64,000 nt of DNA from Caldisericia bacterium (lineage in GTDB: Bacteria > Caldisericota > Caldisericia > JAAYUI01), in NCBI GenBank assembly GCA_963674785.1, contig OY771555.1, positions 1,408,001 to 1,472,000 on the forward strand, given 5' to 3'. The translations under genes and the position numbers were made by a program. How positions within the stretch are numbered: position 1 is the stretch's first letter; the number at the start of each line of letters is the position of its first letter. Below the pieces are notes generated by a model that saw nothing but the letters and a program-made list of their open reading frames with translations, did no database searches and was not told the origin of the DNA. Of the stretch, positions 32,572-42,350 are shown piece by piece.

Positions 32572-32619
32572 TTGACATCTATACTATCTGTACTATTATA
32601 GTAATAATAGTACAGATAG
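32572..32619 (+). promoter_or_regulatory. Promoter with perfect 16-bp inverted-repeat operator upstream of TetR gene
   Basis: TTGACA at 32572; CTATCTGTACTATTAT-AGTA-ATAATAGTACAGATAG at 32584-32619. Confidence 0.8.
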
Positions 32620-32635
32620 AAATGAGTCATGAATT

Positions 32636-33241
32636 ATGAAGCAGAAAATTGAAGAGAAAATCTTAAGATCAACGGTAAAGCTTTTCGTTGATGTCGGAGT
32701 TGTTAAAACATCGATGGACAAAATTGCAGAAAACGCCAACGTTTCAAAGATGACAATCTACAAATATTTTGGTGACAGGGATTCTTTTTTGGTGAGTATC
32801 AGCAGGTTTATCTATGCTGAATATCTCACCAAACTAACTGATGCAGTAAGAAATGGAATCCCACTTAAAAACAGAATGTTCACATTTCTAGATATTCTCT
32901 CAGAGTTTTCAGATAGCGGAAAATATAAGCTTAGTAGAGATTTAGAAAAACTAAACCTCGAAATTGAGGACGAGTATATTTCTTACAAAAAGAACTACAA
33001 AAAACTTCTTCTTGAGCTGATCTCATCTGGGAAAAATGATGGAATAATCAAACCCGATTTGGATGATGAATATATCTATCACTACATTGATATGGGTGTC
33101 GAATATTATCAAAACAATACTGAGTACAAAAACAAAATACAGAATGATCCAAAATTCAGAACAGGTTTTTTTGACTTCATTATTCGTAATGTATTCATAA
33201 ATCCGAAGGGAATACTGCAGGAAAATGGGAATAATTGCTAA
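32636..33241 (+). CDS. TetR/AcrR family regulator
   Basis: TSMDKIA..ANVSKMTIYKYF. Confidence 0.92.
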   Translation: MKQKIEEKILRSTVKLFVDVGVVKTSMDKIAENANVSKMTIYKYFGDRDSFLVSISRFIYAEYLTKLTDAVRNGIPLKNRMFTFLDILSEFSDSGKYKLSRDLEKLNLEIEDEYISYKKNYKKLLLELISSGKNDGIIKPDLDDEYIYHYIDMGVEYYQNNTEYKNKIQNDPKFRTGFFDFIIRNVFINPKGILQENGNNC

Positions 33242-33524
33242 TTATGTAGCCCTTGCAAAAATGGGGACAATGGAGTCAATCACAATCCTTATTGATAAAC
33301 TCCACAAGGACATGACCCTGAAAGAATCAAGGTTTGTGGATTTTGCGCTTGGTCAAATCGATACCGAACATGGTCACAAAATCATGGAGTACTATATCAT
33401 GAATGGCACACAGATTCAGAGGAATTATTGTGCGCTCTACTTTGGCAGACTGGGCGACTATGACATAATCCAAAAGGCATATGATGCAGGCAAGATCGAT
33501 GCCACCCAAGCCTGGGCGAGGTGA
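33225..33524 (+). CDS. Small hypothetical helical protein
   Basis: 99-aa ORF overlapping the TetR stop. Confidence 0.65.
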   Translation: MGIIANYVALAKMGTMESITILIDKLHKDMTLKESRFVDFALGQIDTEHGHKIMEYYIMNGTQIQRNYCALYFGRLGDYDIIQKAYDAGKIDATQAWAR

Positions 33525-33610
33525 GAAACTTTTCTAATCTTTAAGTTTTGAAATATAGGGAGTGTGGGTGTATAATCTTGGTTTGAGTTTAAGGAATTGA
33601 GGAGGAGAGC

Positions 33611-34426
33611 ATGGTAAGTGAAAACCGAACAATGATCAGAAAACCATTTAAATATGGTTGTATATGCATGTTGGATGCTCTTGGGACAAAAGGGGTTTGG
33701 AATAATGTAGACCCAAACATCTTCATTAAAAAGATTAAATTGGTAATCAAATCAGCGAAAGAGATATTCAAGAATATCGACCTGATTTTCCAAAACTCTC
33801 CCCAGTTTTCGTCTATGAAATTCAAAGTTTCGAATTTCTCTGATACAATAATAATCACAGCTCAACAAAGATATAACTACGATAACTTTGATTATTTTTC
33901 ATTTCTCCCAATTTTTGCTGGCTTGATAGGAACAATAGTAGCCCACGGTGTTTTAAATGAAGTATTCTTCAGAGGTGCAATTTCTCATGGTGAATTCATT
34001 GATAGAGACTCAATTTTTGTTGGTCCTGCTGTTGATGATGCTGCAATTTGGCATGAAAGAGCAGATTATATTGGGGTGCTACTTACTCAAACAGCAGGAC
34101 TGGCAGTAGATTCTTATAGCAAAATAAACTCAATTGCAGATTCATTTTTATTGAAATCTAATGCACCAATAAAGAATATAGCTGATTCATGTAAACTATA
34201 TTCTGTGAATTGGCTTTTATCTGCAGATTCGATGCGAATCCAGGCTCGAATTCCAAATAAAATCTCTACTGAAGCAATTATTGAGCGAAAGTTCGCTGAG
34301 AAACCAATACCTGAGATAGCGTATAATAAATATGAAAATACCGTAAAATTTCTTCAGGAATGTAGAGCTGAAATAAATAAGAGAAATTTAAACATAGAGC
34401 CATTACCCATCAAGTTTGCTGTGTAG
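33611..34426 (+). CDS. Class III nucleotide cyclase-like protein, standalone
   Basis: LDALG.K, FSDTI, FRGAIS.G, GPAV.DA; GGAGG RBS. Confidence 0.6.
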   Translation: MVSENRTMIRKPFKYGCICMLDALGTKGVWNNVDPNIFIKKIKLVIKSAKEIFKNIDLIFQNSPQFSSMKFKVSNFSDTIIITAQQRYNYDNFDYFSFLPIFAGLIGTIVAHGVLNEVFFRGAISHGEFIDRDSIFVGPAVDDAAIWHERADYIGVLLTQTAGLAVDSYSKINSIADSFLLKSNAPIKNIADSCKLYSVNWLLSADSMRIQARIPNKISTEAIIERKFAEKPIPEIAYNKYENTVKFLQECRAEINKRNLNIEPLPIKFAV

Positions 34427-34511
34427 ATATTTTGCTTATATAGTCTGCTGCAACAATCAAAACCCCACCATCTGTGTCAAAATAGTTAACACAAACAAAA
34501 AGGAAGAAAAA

Positions 34512-34832
34512 ATGGAAATTGAAAGGATAATACTAAACACAACTGACATCTCAGACCTGGAGATTTTTTTGCACGATGCATTTGATGTTGAATATTCAAC
34601 ACGAGGTAACGATTTCTTTGTGATTGCGTTTGAGGATTATTTCTTCAGAAACAACTCAAAACAGCTTGAGATGGTTGTTGCCAAACTTGAGGGCAATCAC
34701 ATTGGAATTGACGTGATTGGGGCTGCTGGTGGTGCTGGAATCTTTGGGATTTCATGGGGTTCAGAAAATGCCTTCATTCGAAGGTTTGAGAGAATTATTG
34801 AAGAATACAAAAACGAAAAAGGAATAAATTAA
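34512..34832 (+). CDS. Hypothetical protein
   Basis: FEDYFFRN and GGAG.FG.SWG.E motifs; start at ATG 34512. Confidence 0.7.
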   Translation: MEIERIILNTTDISDLEIFLHDAFDVEYSTRGNDFFVIAFEDYFFRNNSKQLEMVVAKLEGNHIGIDVIGAAGGAGIFGISWGSENAFIRRFERIIEEYKNEKGIN

Positions 34833-34877
34833 CTTATTTCTTTTTAGAAGTGGGATGAGCTGTAAACTGAGGTTTTA

Positions 34878-35648
34878 ATGAATATAAAAAGATTTAAACC
34901 AAAGTCGCGTTTTTCAGGCAGAGCAGATGTTTATGATAAATATCGCCCAACATACCCTCAAAAAATCATTGATATTTTCGCCCATGAACATGGACTTAAG
35001 ATTGGCGATGTGGTTGCAGATGTTGGCTCTGGCACAGGTAAATTTACAGAGCTGCTCCTTGACAACGGTTTGAATGTTTACGCTGTTGAACCGAATGCCG
35101 AGATGAGAGCGTATGCAGAGAAAAACCTCAGCAGTTTCGTGGGTTTTACATCTGTTGATGGCTCCGCTGAGGATACAACACTTGAAGACAACAGCGTTGA
35201 TGCGGTTGTTGTTGCTCAAGCTTTTCACTGGTTTGAGGTCGAACCGACAGAAAGAGAGTTTGACCGAATCTTGAAACCTGATGGGTTTATAGCTCTAACC
35301 TGGAATGACAGAAAAGTGACGGACTCTGAATTCCTCAGAAGTTATGATGAGCTTTTGGTGAAGTATTGTCCTGACTACAAAAAGATTCAGCATAAAGACA
35401 CATCATCAGAGCAACTTGAGGAGATTTTTGTAGGGAAAAAAGTAACCGAATTTCATTTTGAAAAATATCAATCGGTTGATATTGACTCGATGATCGGAAG
35501 GTTGAAATCATCATCGTATTGTCCACTTGAGGATGATGAAAACTTTGAACCTTTGATCGCCTCGCTTTGCGACATCTTTGAGAAATATGAGACTGATGGT
35601 GGTGTGAGAATTGAATATGACACAACACTTTTTTGTGTAAGTGATTGA
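34878..35648 (+). CDS. Class I SAM-dependent methyltransferase
   Basis: Y.KYRP.YP, DVGSGTGK, AQAFHWF. Confidence 0.9.
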   Translation: MNIKRFKPKSRFSGRADVYDKYRPTYPQKIIDIFAHEHGLKIGDVVADVGSGTGKFTELLLDNGLNVYAVEPNAEMRAYAEKNLSSFVGFTSVDGSAEDTTLEDNSVDAVVVAQAFHWFEVEPTEREFDRILKPDGFIALTWNDRKVTDSEFLRSYDELLVKYCPDYKKIQHKDTSSEQLEEIFVGKKVTEFHFEKYQSVDIDSMIGRLKSSSYCPLEDDENFEPLIASLCDIFEKYETDGGVRIEYDTTLFCVSD

Positions 35649-35803
35649 TTCTCCAAGTTTATTTGTAGTTCTGGATTCAGACGAAAATCAAAAATTTCAA
35701 TAAATCAATTTGACTTGCCAAACCAAAACAAGCGTATATGATGAAGTCGTTAGCGAATCAGAAAAACGCAAATGTAGGAAAAAAATTACTAGAAGGTGGT
35801 GGT

Positions 35804-36349
35804 ATGAAAGAGATTCGTATTCATGGAAGAGGAGGTCAGGGTGCTGTTACTGCCGCTGAGCTGCTTGCAACTTCAGCATTCCACGATGGTAAATTTGCCC
35901 AGGCATTCCCAAGCTTTGGCTCCGAAAGAAAGGGCGCACCTGTCATGTCTTTCGCTCGAGTGGATGAAAAGAAAATCCGAACAAGAGCACAGATTCAGTC
36001 CCCAGATTTCTTGATTGTTCAGGATCCAACTCTCATCGGTGTTGTAGATGTTCTTCATGGACTTGGTGATGATGGACTTGTAGTTGTTAACACAACAAAA
36101 ACACCAGCAGAACTTGATCTTTCTACAAAAGCAAAGGTTATTACTGTTGATGCAACAAAGATTGCTGTTGAGGAGCTTGGAAGACCAATTCCAAACACAG
36201 TTATGATTGGTGCATTTGCTGGTGCAACAGGACTTGTTGCGATTGAGTCAGTTGAAAAGGCTGTCAAGCATCGTTTCCCAGGTGAACTTGGTGAAAAGAA
36301 TGCAAGAGCATGCAGAAGAGCTTGGAGTGAAGCAAAGGAGGCAAAATGA
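35804..36349 (+). CDS. porC: Pyruvate/2-oxoacid:ferredoxin oxidoreductase gamma subunit
   Basis: [21 protein letters not shown]. Confidence 0.92.
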   Translation: MKEIRIHGRGGQGAVTAAELLATSAFHDGKFAQAFPSFGSERKGAPVMSFARVDEKKIRTRAQIQSPDFLIVQDPTLIGVVDVLHGLGDDGLVVVNTTKTPAELDLSTKAKVITVDATKIAVEELGRPIPNTVMIGAFAGATGLVAIESVEKAVKHRFPGELGEKNARACRRAWSEAKEAK

Positions 36350-36615
36350 GCAAGGTAGTAATTAGACCCGGAATAATTGTCCAGCCTGGAACTTCAAAAG
36401 AGAACAAAACAGGTTCTTGGAGAAACTATGCTCCAAAGTTCGATAAAGAAAAATGTATCGCTTGTGGACAGTGTGAAACATATTGCCCAGAGTCAATCGT
36501 TTATGGTGACAAAGAGCACAAATTTGATGCAGACCTTGATTATTGCAAGGGTTGCGGAATCTGTGCCCAGGTTTGCCCAACAAAATGTATTGAAATGGTA
36601 CTGGAGGTAAGGTAA
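36346..36615 (+). CDS. porD: Pyruvate/2-oxoacid:ferredoxin oxidoreductase delta subunit
   Basis: TGSWR; two CxxCxxCxxxCP; YCKGCGIC. Confidence 0.92.
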   Translation: MSKVVIRPGIIVQPGTSKENKTGSWRNYAPKFDKEKCIACGQCETYCPESIVYGDKEHKFDADLDYCKGCGICAQVCPTKCIEMVLEVR

Positions 36616-37790
36616 TGGCTAAGGAATTTATTGAAGGAAGTATGGCTGTTGCTGAGGGTGCAGCACTTTGCAGACCAGATGTTATTTCTGCGTACCCAAT
36701 CACACCTCAGACCCATATCGTTGAAGACCTTGCGCAGTTTGTTGCAGATGGAAAACTCTCGTGCGAATTTGTAAATACCGAGTCAGAATTTGGTGCAGCA
36801 TCTGTTGTTCTTGGTGCACAGTGTGCCGGTGCAAGAGCATATACTGCAACAACATCACAGGGACTCATCCTTATGTCAGAAGTCCTCTTCAATGTCGCTG
36901 GAATGAGACTTCCACTTGTTATGTGTGTAGCAAACAGATCACTTTCTGCACCACTTTCAATCTGGACAGACCATCAGGATATCGTAACGCTAAGAGATTC
37001 TGGTTTTATAATTATGTTTGCAGAAGATGCTCAGGAAGCACTTGACCTCCATATGATCGCTTACAAAGTTGCGGAAGATAAAAGAGTTCAGCTTCCAGTC
37101 ATGATCAACATTGATGGATTCCTTATCACTCATACATTTGAACCAGTTGATGTCCCAGAACAGGCAGAAGTTGACAAGTTCCTCAAACCATATGTTCCAT
37201 TCCAGGCACTCGACCCAAAAAACCCATATACAATGGGTGCATTCACAGAACCTGCATATCATATGGATGTCAGATATGCAATGCATAAAGCAAATGTTGA
37301 CTCTGCATCAGTTATTGAAGAAGTGTCAGCAGAATTTGAAAAACACTTTGGAAGAGCAGCTGGTGGACTCGTACAGGGATACAAACTCGATGATGCAGAA
37401 ACAGTCCTTGTTGCGTTTGGTTCAATCACTGGTCTTCTTGAAGAAGCAGTAGACGCAATGAGAGAAAAAGGTCAGAAGGTTGGAGTCTTAAAGATTAAAA
37501 CCTATAGACCTTTCCCATTTGAAGCAGTCAAAAAAGCTCTTGCTGGCAAAAAGAGAGTGATCGTTCTCGACCGTGCGATGTCAGGTGGATTTGGCGAGAT
37601 TCTTGGTGCAGAAATAAGATCAGCACTTTATGGAGTTTCAGGTCAGCCTGCCATTGACGGCTATATCTATGGTCTTGGTGGAAGAGACATCTTTATTGAG
37701 GATGTTGAAAAACTTGTAGCTGATCCAAATCCAGGAACACACAATGGCGATTGGATTGGTGTCAGACATGATATTCTGGAGGAAGCATAA
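36615..37790 (+). CDS. porA: Pyruvate/2-oxoacid:ferredoxin oxidoreductase alpha subunit
   Basis: AYPITPQT, ESE, TATTSQGL, GLGGRD. Confidence 0.93.
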   Translation: MAKEFIEGSMAVAEGAALCRPDVISAYPITPQTHIVEDLAQFVADGKLSCEFVNTESEFGAASVVLGAQCAGARAYTATTSQGLILMSEVLFNVAGMRLPLVMCVANRSLSAPLSIWTDHQDIVTLRDSGFIIMFAEDAQEALDLHMIAYKVAEDKRVQLPVMINIDGFLITHTFEPVDVPEQAEVDKFLKPYVPFQALDPKNPYTMGAFTEPAYHMDVRYAMHKANVDSASVIEEVSAEFEKHFGRAAGGLVQGYKLDDAETVLVAFGSITGLLEEAVDAMREKGQKVGVLKIKTYRPFPFEAVKKALAGKKRVIVLDRAMSGGFGEILGAEIRSALYGVSGQPAIDGYIYGLGGRDIFIEDVEKLVADPNPGTHNGDWIGVRHDILEEA

Positions 37791-38689
37791 TGGATAACTT
37801 AAAAGAAAAGTTAATGAAGAAGCATCTTCTTGCTCCAGGACATACAGCTTGTGCTGGTTGTGGTGAAGCTCTTGGAATGAGAATGATCATTGATGCAATT
37901 GGTCCAAATTGTATTGTTGCAAACGCAACTGGATGTTCAGAAATCTTCACTTCAAAATTCCCACAGAGTTCATGGGAAGTTCCATGGGTTCATTCACTCT
38001 TTGAGAATGCTGCTGGTGTTGCAAGTGGAATTGAAGCTGCATATAAAGCAAAAGGCAGAACCGACGTAAAAACTGTTGCTATTGGTGGAGACGGTGCAAC
38101 AGCAGACATTGGTATGGGTGTCATCTCAGGTATGTTTGAACGTGGTCACAACATTCTTTATGTTTGCCTTGATAATGAAGCATATATGAACACAGGTATC
38201 CAGAGATCATCTCTTACACCATTCAAAGCACACACAACAACCTCGCCATCAGGTAAAGTTTCACTTGGAAACCCAACAAGAAAAAAAGACCTCATGGCAA
38301 TCGCACTTGCTCACAGAGTTGGTTATGTTGCATCATGTTCACTTGCAAACCCAATTGACCTTGAAAAGAAAGTCAAAAAAGCAGTTGAGCATAAAGGTCC
38401 ATCATTCATTCATTTCCATGCTCCATGTCCTCTTGGATGGGCATTTGAGTCAGATCAGACAGTAAATATTGCAAAACTTGCAGTAAATACTGGTCTCTTC
38501 CCAGTACTTGAGTATGAGAATGGTGAACTTATAAAAGTTGCCAAGATCAAAAAAGTCCCAGTAGATGACTATCTTAAACTTCAGAAACGATATAGACACC
38601 TCTTCAAAACAGATGAAGGAAAAGAATTCATCAAAGGCATCCAGGCAATTGCAGATGCAAATATTGAAAAGTTTGGACTTGCAAAATAA
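37790..38689 (+). CDS. porB: Pyruvate/2-oxoacid:ferredoxin oxidoreductase beta subunit
   Basis: GHTACAGC, GGDG, DNEAYMNTG.Q TPP motif. Confidence 0.93.
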   Translation: MDNLKEKLMKKHLLAPGHTACAGCGEALGMRMIIDAIGPNCIVANATGCSEIFTSKFPQSSWEVPWVHSLFENAAGVASGIEAAYKAKGRTDVKTVAIGGDGATADIGMGVISGMFERGHNILYVCLDNEAYMNTGIQRSSLTPFKAHTTTSPSGKVSLGNPTRKKDLMAIALAHRVGYVASCSLANPIDLEKKVKKAVEHKGPSFIHFHAPCPLGWAFESDQTVNIAKLAVNTGLFPVLEYENGELIKVAKIKKVPVDDYLKLQKRYRHLFKTDEGKEFIKGIQAIADANIEKFGLAK

Positions 38690-38716
38690 TCCAAGTTAAA
38701 TCACATTTAACATAGT

Positions 38717-38750
38717 AAAAGGGGAGCATGAAAGCTCCCCTTTTTTATTT
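38717..38750 (+). terminator. Intrinsic terminator of por operon
   Basis: GGGGAGC-ATGAAA-GCTCCCC followed by TTTTTT. Confidence 0.88.
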
Positions 38751-38806
38751 GACTAATAAATTTCTTGATTTGATAACCGACTAAGGTATACTGTTTTTCT
38801 TGGTAG

Positions 38807-38880
38807 GGCGACGTAGCCAAGTGGTAAGGCAGTGGTCTGCAAAATCACCAGCAGGGGTTCGATTCCCCTCGTCGCCTCCA
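38807..38880 (+). tRNA. tRNA-Cys(GCA)
   Basis: GGCGACG/CGTCGCC acceptor; GTGGT-CTGCAAA-ATCAC; TCCA end. Confidence 0.95.
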
Positions 38881-38891
38881 GCCTTTCTTTT

Positions 38892-39761
38892 TTATCCCAA
38901 AAGTTCTTTGTTTTCCTGTATTCCAGGTTTTTGTTTTTTGTTTGTAAGTGACAGAAATAGTGCCGTCTCAACTACAGCAACAAGGAATATCCCTATTACT
39001 GTTGCGATAGTTTTTACAAAATGGATGCTGTCTGTGAAATATGTGATAACCATTGAAAGAAGAATCACAGGCACTAAAACAACGAGAATTAGTGTGATAT
39101 TTCCAGAGCTTATGTGAACGGAGTATTTTATACTGTCTCTGAATCTTTCCGATGATTCAAGGCGCACATACGGAAGGAATGAGATTCTCAGAAAGATAAA
39201 AACAAGCCCAATAACGACTGCTGATGATACAATCGCCCATGGACTGAAGGTAGCACTTGTACCCTGGCTTGAAAGCATAATCTGACTGATCGTCCCAACA
39301 AGTCCTGCAAGCAGGATCGGAGAGAGTGTAACCCACATCCCCCATAAAAATCTGAAACATGGTTTAGGCCAATCTGCAAGTGATTCTCCGAATATCTTCT
39401 TTTTTCTGATTATCTGGTAAATAACCCAGGAAACAAAACCAGCAAAGAGAATTTGAATTGAGAGTATAAGAAACATTTGAATGCCACTGTACATAGCACT
39501 GAAAAATACTGTGCTTTCACCCAGCTTCACAATTTCGGGTATTCCGCCCTTTATGATGGCGCCAAACATCTTATTCCAAGCTTGCCATGCAGTAATGCCT
39601 GCCCACCCATTTCCAACAACCACGGCCATTATTCTTTGAATCAGGTAGATCAGAGGTACAATTACAATTGATGAGACAAGAAGAACTTTCCAGCTATCCT
39701 TGAGAAACTTGGTTTTTATTGAGTTTAGAACTCCAAAAAGACTTACCAATTGGTCAATCAT
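38892..39761 (-). CDS. Membrane protein, paralog 6 of tandem array
   Basis: ~6 TM; F.PY...E....SIK.S pattern shared with neighbours. Confidence 0.72.
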   Translation of the reverse strand: MIDQLVSLFGVLNSIKTKFLKDSWKVLLVSSIVIVPLIYLIQRIMAVVVGNGWAGITAWQAWNKMFGAIIKGGIPEIVKLGESTVFFSAMYSGIQMFLILSIQILFAGFVSWVIYQIIRKKKIFGESLADWPKPCFRFLWGMWVTLSPILLAGLVGTISQIMLSSQGTSATFSPWAIVSSAVVIGLVFIFLRISFLPYVRLESSERFRDSIKYSVHISSGNITLILVVLVPVILLSMVITYFTDSIHFVKTIATVIGIFLVAVVETALFLSLTNKKQKPGIQENKELLG

Positions 39762-40549
39762 TTTTCACCTACACTTTTTTTGTAAAGCGGATAAAGCAGT
39801 GATAATTGAATCACAAGTATCAGGGAGCTGATTACCTCAGAGAGAAAAACGATGTTTCCTGTTATATTTGAAAATACGTGAGTTAAAAGCGCCGAACTCA
39901 GTACAATGACTGCGATTATCCCTGTCATTTTTTGTGTTTTATCTGATGATGAATAGAATGCTTTAATCCATGTGATTTTTTCATTTGCTGCAATAAATGG
40001 TGTGAATGCAAATTTTATAAGCACATAAATCAGTGTCGCCAGAACAAACACGAAAATAATGAGACTTGATATAACAAAAACAAATGCTCCGATTCCAAAC
40101 CCAATTCCTAAAGCCAAAAGCAGGATGATGGCGATAAGCGTATTAATACCCATCATTCGACCAAGATTTGAAAATCCGGCTTTTAGGAAGTTCAATCCAG
40201 TCTTTTTTTGATCATAAGATAGATGATAGTTGGCGATTGCTCCCTGAATAAAACTATAGATTACCAGGTAACTGATGATGTTTATAATCCCGATAACTAT
40301 TAGCTCTTTCATCGTTGGGATTGGAATCGCCTGGGCAAATGGTGCACCTGCCTCAAGATTTTTTATGCCAGTATTGAAAATCCCTGTCAGCACAGCACCT
40401 GTTGTAACAAATTCCCCTTTTATAATCACGAATACTAGTGTGGGGATTATCATCAAAATCGCTGAAAAAAACCAGATCAGGAAAAAATCTCCTGTTCTTT
40501 TGCCTAAAAAATTTCTGAAATATATAATCGCTAGCTGAGTATTGCTCAT
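39758..40549 (-). CDS. Membrane protein, paralog 5 of tandem array
   Basis: ~6 TM; GRMMG, FTPF, LYPLY. Confidence 0.75.
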   Translation of the reverse strand: MSNTQLAIIYFRNFLGKRTGDFFLIWFFSAILMIIPTLVFVIIKGEFVTTGAVLTGIFNTGIKNLEAGAPFAQAIPIPTMKELIVIGIINIISYLVIYSFIQGAIANYHLSYDQKKTGLNFLKAGFSNLGRMMGINTLIAIILLLALGIGFGIGAFVFVISSLIIFVFVLATLIYVLIKFAFTPFIAANEKITWIKAFYSSSDKTQKMTGIIAVIVLSSALLTHVFSNITGNIVFLSEVISSLILVIQLSLLYPLYKKSVGEK

Positions 40550-40556
40550 GCCATTG

Positions 40557-40585
40557 ATTATAAAATGCGTTTTTTAACCCGTCAA
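40557..40585 (-). promoter_or_regulatory. Leaderless-type sigma70 promoter
   Basis: TTGACG-17-TATAAT, then 7 nt to ATG 40549. Confidence 0.65.
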
Positions 40586-41463
40586 TGAGAAGTTTTTTCG
40601 AGTATATGTCTTGCGATAGGTGTTATAAGGATCATCGAAAATATGAAGGCTAGAGTTGTTGTTATGTGTACTGAGCTAAACCTGTATCCAAACATCAGCA
40701 TTCCAAGCACACCGATTGAAAATGGAAAACATGCAAACAGAAACAATGTCCAGTAGTATTTTCCAGAGAAATTCCAGCTAAGGTTGATGCACTTTCCTGG
40801 AGAGAGGTTTGTGTTCATTATGAAAAACGGGGTGATGAAGAATCTGATTGTTCGATAGATGAGCATGTATCCGCAGACAATAAGAAGAATCCAGAGTTTG
40901 AGTTCACCGTAAATAGCAACCGATGCTCCATAAACAAGTCCAAAAATAAAGACGGCTGCGATGAGGGTGCGAATTGTCATTATTATCGCTGCACCAACCA
41001 TTCTTATGTATTCTGAGAGTTTCACATTGAAAAAACTAACAAGTCCTGATTCTGTGTCTTCTCTACTAAAAACACTTGCTAGTCCACACAACATGTATGG
41101 AAAGACTATCAGAAACCAAACAAGTCCAACTAAAATCCACCTACCAATATATCTTAAAACAAAAAGAACACTGGAATCCATTTCATGGTGAAATATCAGA
41201 CCATTTTCATAATCGACTGATGAGATTGTTTCAAAAAGTTCATCTGCAAGCGTGTAGTTGCTGAAAACATATTCAAATGTGGATGAGATTTCTTCGGGTG
41301 AAGACTTCCCGTCATCAATATCAAGGGGTTTGTTGCCGAAAATCATCAGATCTAACGCTGGTGTGATAAAGGATATCAGAAGGCAAACAACAACTATCAA
41401 TGCCAGTTCAGAACCCCATCTTCTGAATGCTTCAGTTAGAAAATCAATGCATTTTGCTGTCAC
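40582..41463 (-). CDS. Membrane protein, paralog 4 of tandem array
   Basis: ~6 TM; RMVGA, YWTLFL. Confidence 0.72.
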   Translation of the reverse strand: MTAKCIDFLTEAFRRWGSELALIVVVCLLISFITPALDLMIFGNKPLDIDDGKSSPEEISSTFEYVFSNYTLADELFETISSVDYENGLIFHHEMDSSVLFVLRYIGRWILVGLVWFLIVFPYMLCGLASVFSREDTESGLVSFFNVKLSEYIRMVGAAIIMTIRTLIAAVFIFGLVYGASVAIYGELKLWILLIVCGYMLIYRTIRFFITPFFIMNTNLSPGKCINLSWNFSGKYYWTLFLFACFPFSIGVLGMLMFGYRFSSVHITTTLAFIFSMILITPIARHILEKTSH

Positions 41464-42347
41464 TAATTTTTTTCTCCCTTTAGTCTGTCATTTGCATCTT
41501 TGTAAAGTGGGTAAAACATATGTGCAATCAGCATAAAGAATGCATAATAGTAAACATAGCCTGTAATTATTTTATCAATTAAGATGGATATTTGGCCAGT
41601 AGAAACAAATTGTGTAATTGGAATGTCTGTTATGAGTGTGTGTACCGCAATTATTATTATGATTCCCAAAAATAGCTTCCAAAAAACTTTTTTTCCTTTA
41701 AGGAAGCTATTTTTGATCCAACCTTTTACTCCCAAATCTCTTTCAAAAAGAGCTTCATAAGGGATAAATATTGTAAAAATGATTGCAGTAAAAACGATAA
41801 TGATTAATAAAATCATCCCAACGATAAGCACGATTCCAGTGTAACTGCCAAATAGAGTTTTAAAAAATACAGTTTCAGCATTTATATTTGATTGGATATA
41901 TGAAGCAGGGATTGAGATTAAGGTCATAGCTACCACAAAATATACTGCAAATGTGACCTTTTGAGTGAGAATTGCACCTATCATCCTTCTCCAGTTTTTT
42001 TGTCCATCAGAAAAGAAAGTTTTATAGTACATTTTTTTACTTTTTTGCTTTCCTTTTTCTAGATAACTGAAAAGTCCACCATAAGAAAATGCGGAGACAA
42101 TGGTTGTTGTAAACAATGTCATAATCAACATAACAATATCCAGAACTCCGAATCCGGATAATCCTTTGTATTGAAAGTAAAATGGATTTACAATCACTTG
42201 GAATGGGGTTGTTCGTGTTGAGAAATGAAGTAAGAAGTTTAGAATTGCTGTTAAAATTGCAAACAGCGATATAAGTGAGATAATCGATCTAAAGGCAGAT
42301 TTATTGTGTTTTATGAGCTCTCTGATTTTCAAATAATGTTTTTTCAT
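41463..42347 (-). CDS. Membrane protein, paralog 3 of tandem array
   Basis: WRRMIGA, YEA, KGKKVFW, FYPLY. Confidence 0.75.
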   Translation of the reverse strand: MKKHYLKIRELIKHNKSAFRSIISLISLFAILTAILNFLLHFSTRTTPFQVIVNPFYFQYKGLSGFGVLDIVMLIMTLFTTTIVSAFSYGGLFSYLEKGKQKSKKMYYKTFFSDGQKNWRRMIGAILTQKVTFAVYFVVAMTLISIPASYIQSNINAETVFFKTLFGSYTGIVLIVGMILLIIIVFTAIIFTIFIPYEALFERDLGVKGWIKNSFLKGKKVFWKLFLGIIIIIAVHTLITDIPITQFVSTGQISILIDKIITGYVYYYAFFMLIAHMFYPLYKDANDRLKGEKN

Positions 42348-42350
42348 ATA

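Noticed and set aside
28980-35650. Integrative element or prophage at tRNA-Ser
   Set aside because: No integrase and no repeat of the tRNA 3' end seen; the Xis-like HTH alone is insufficient
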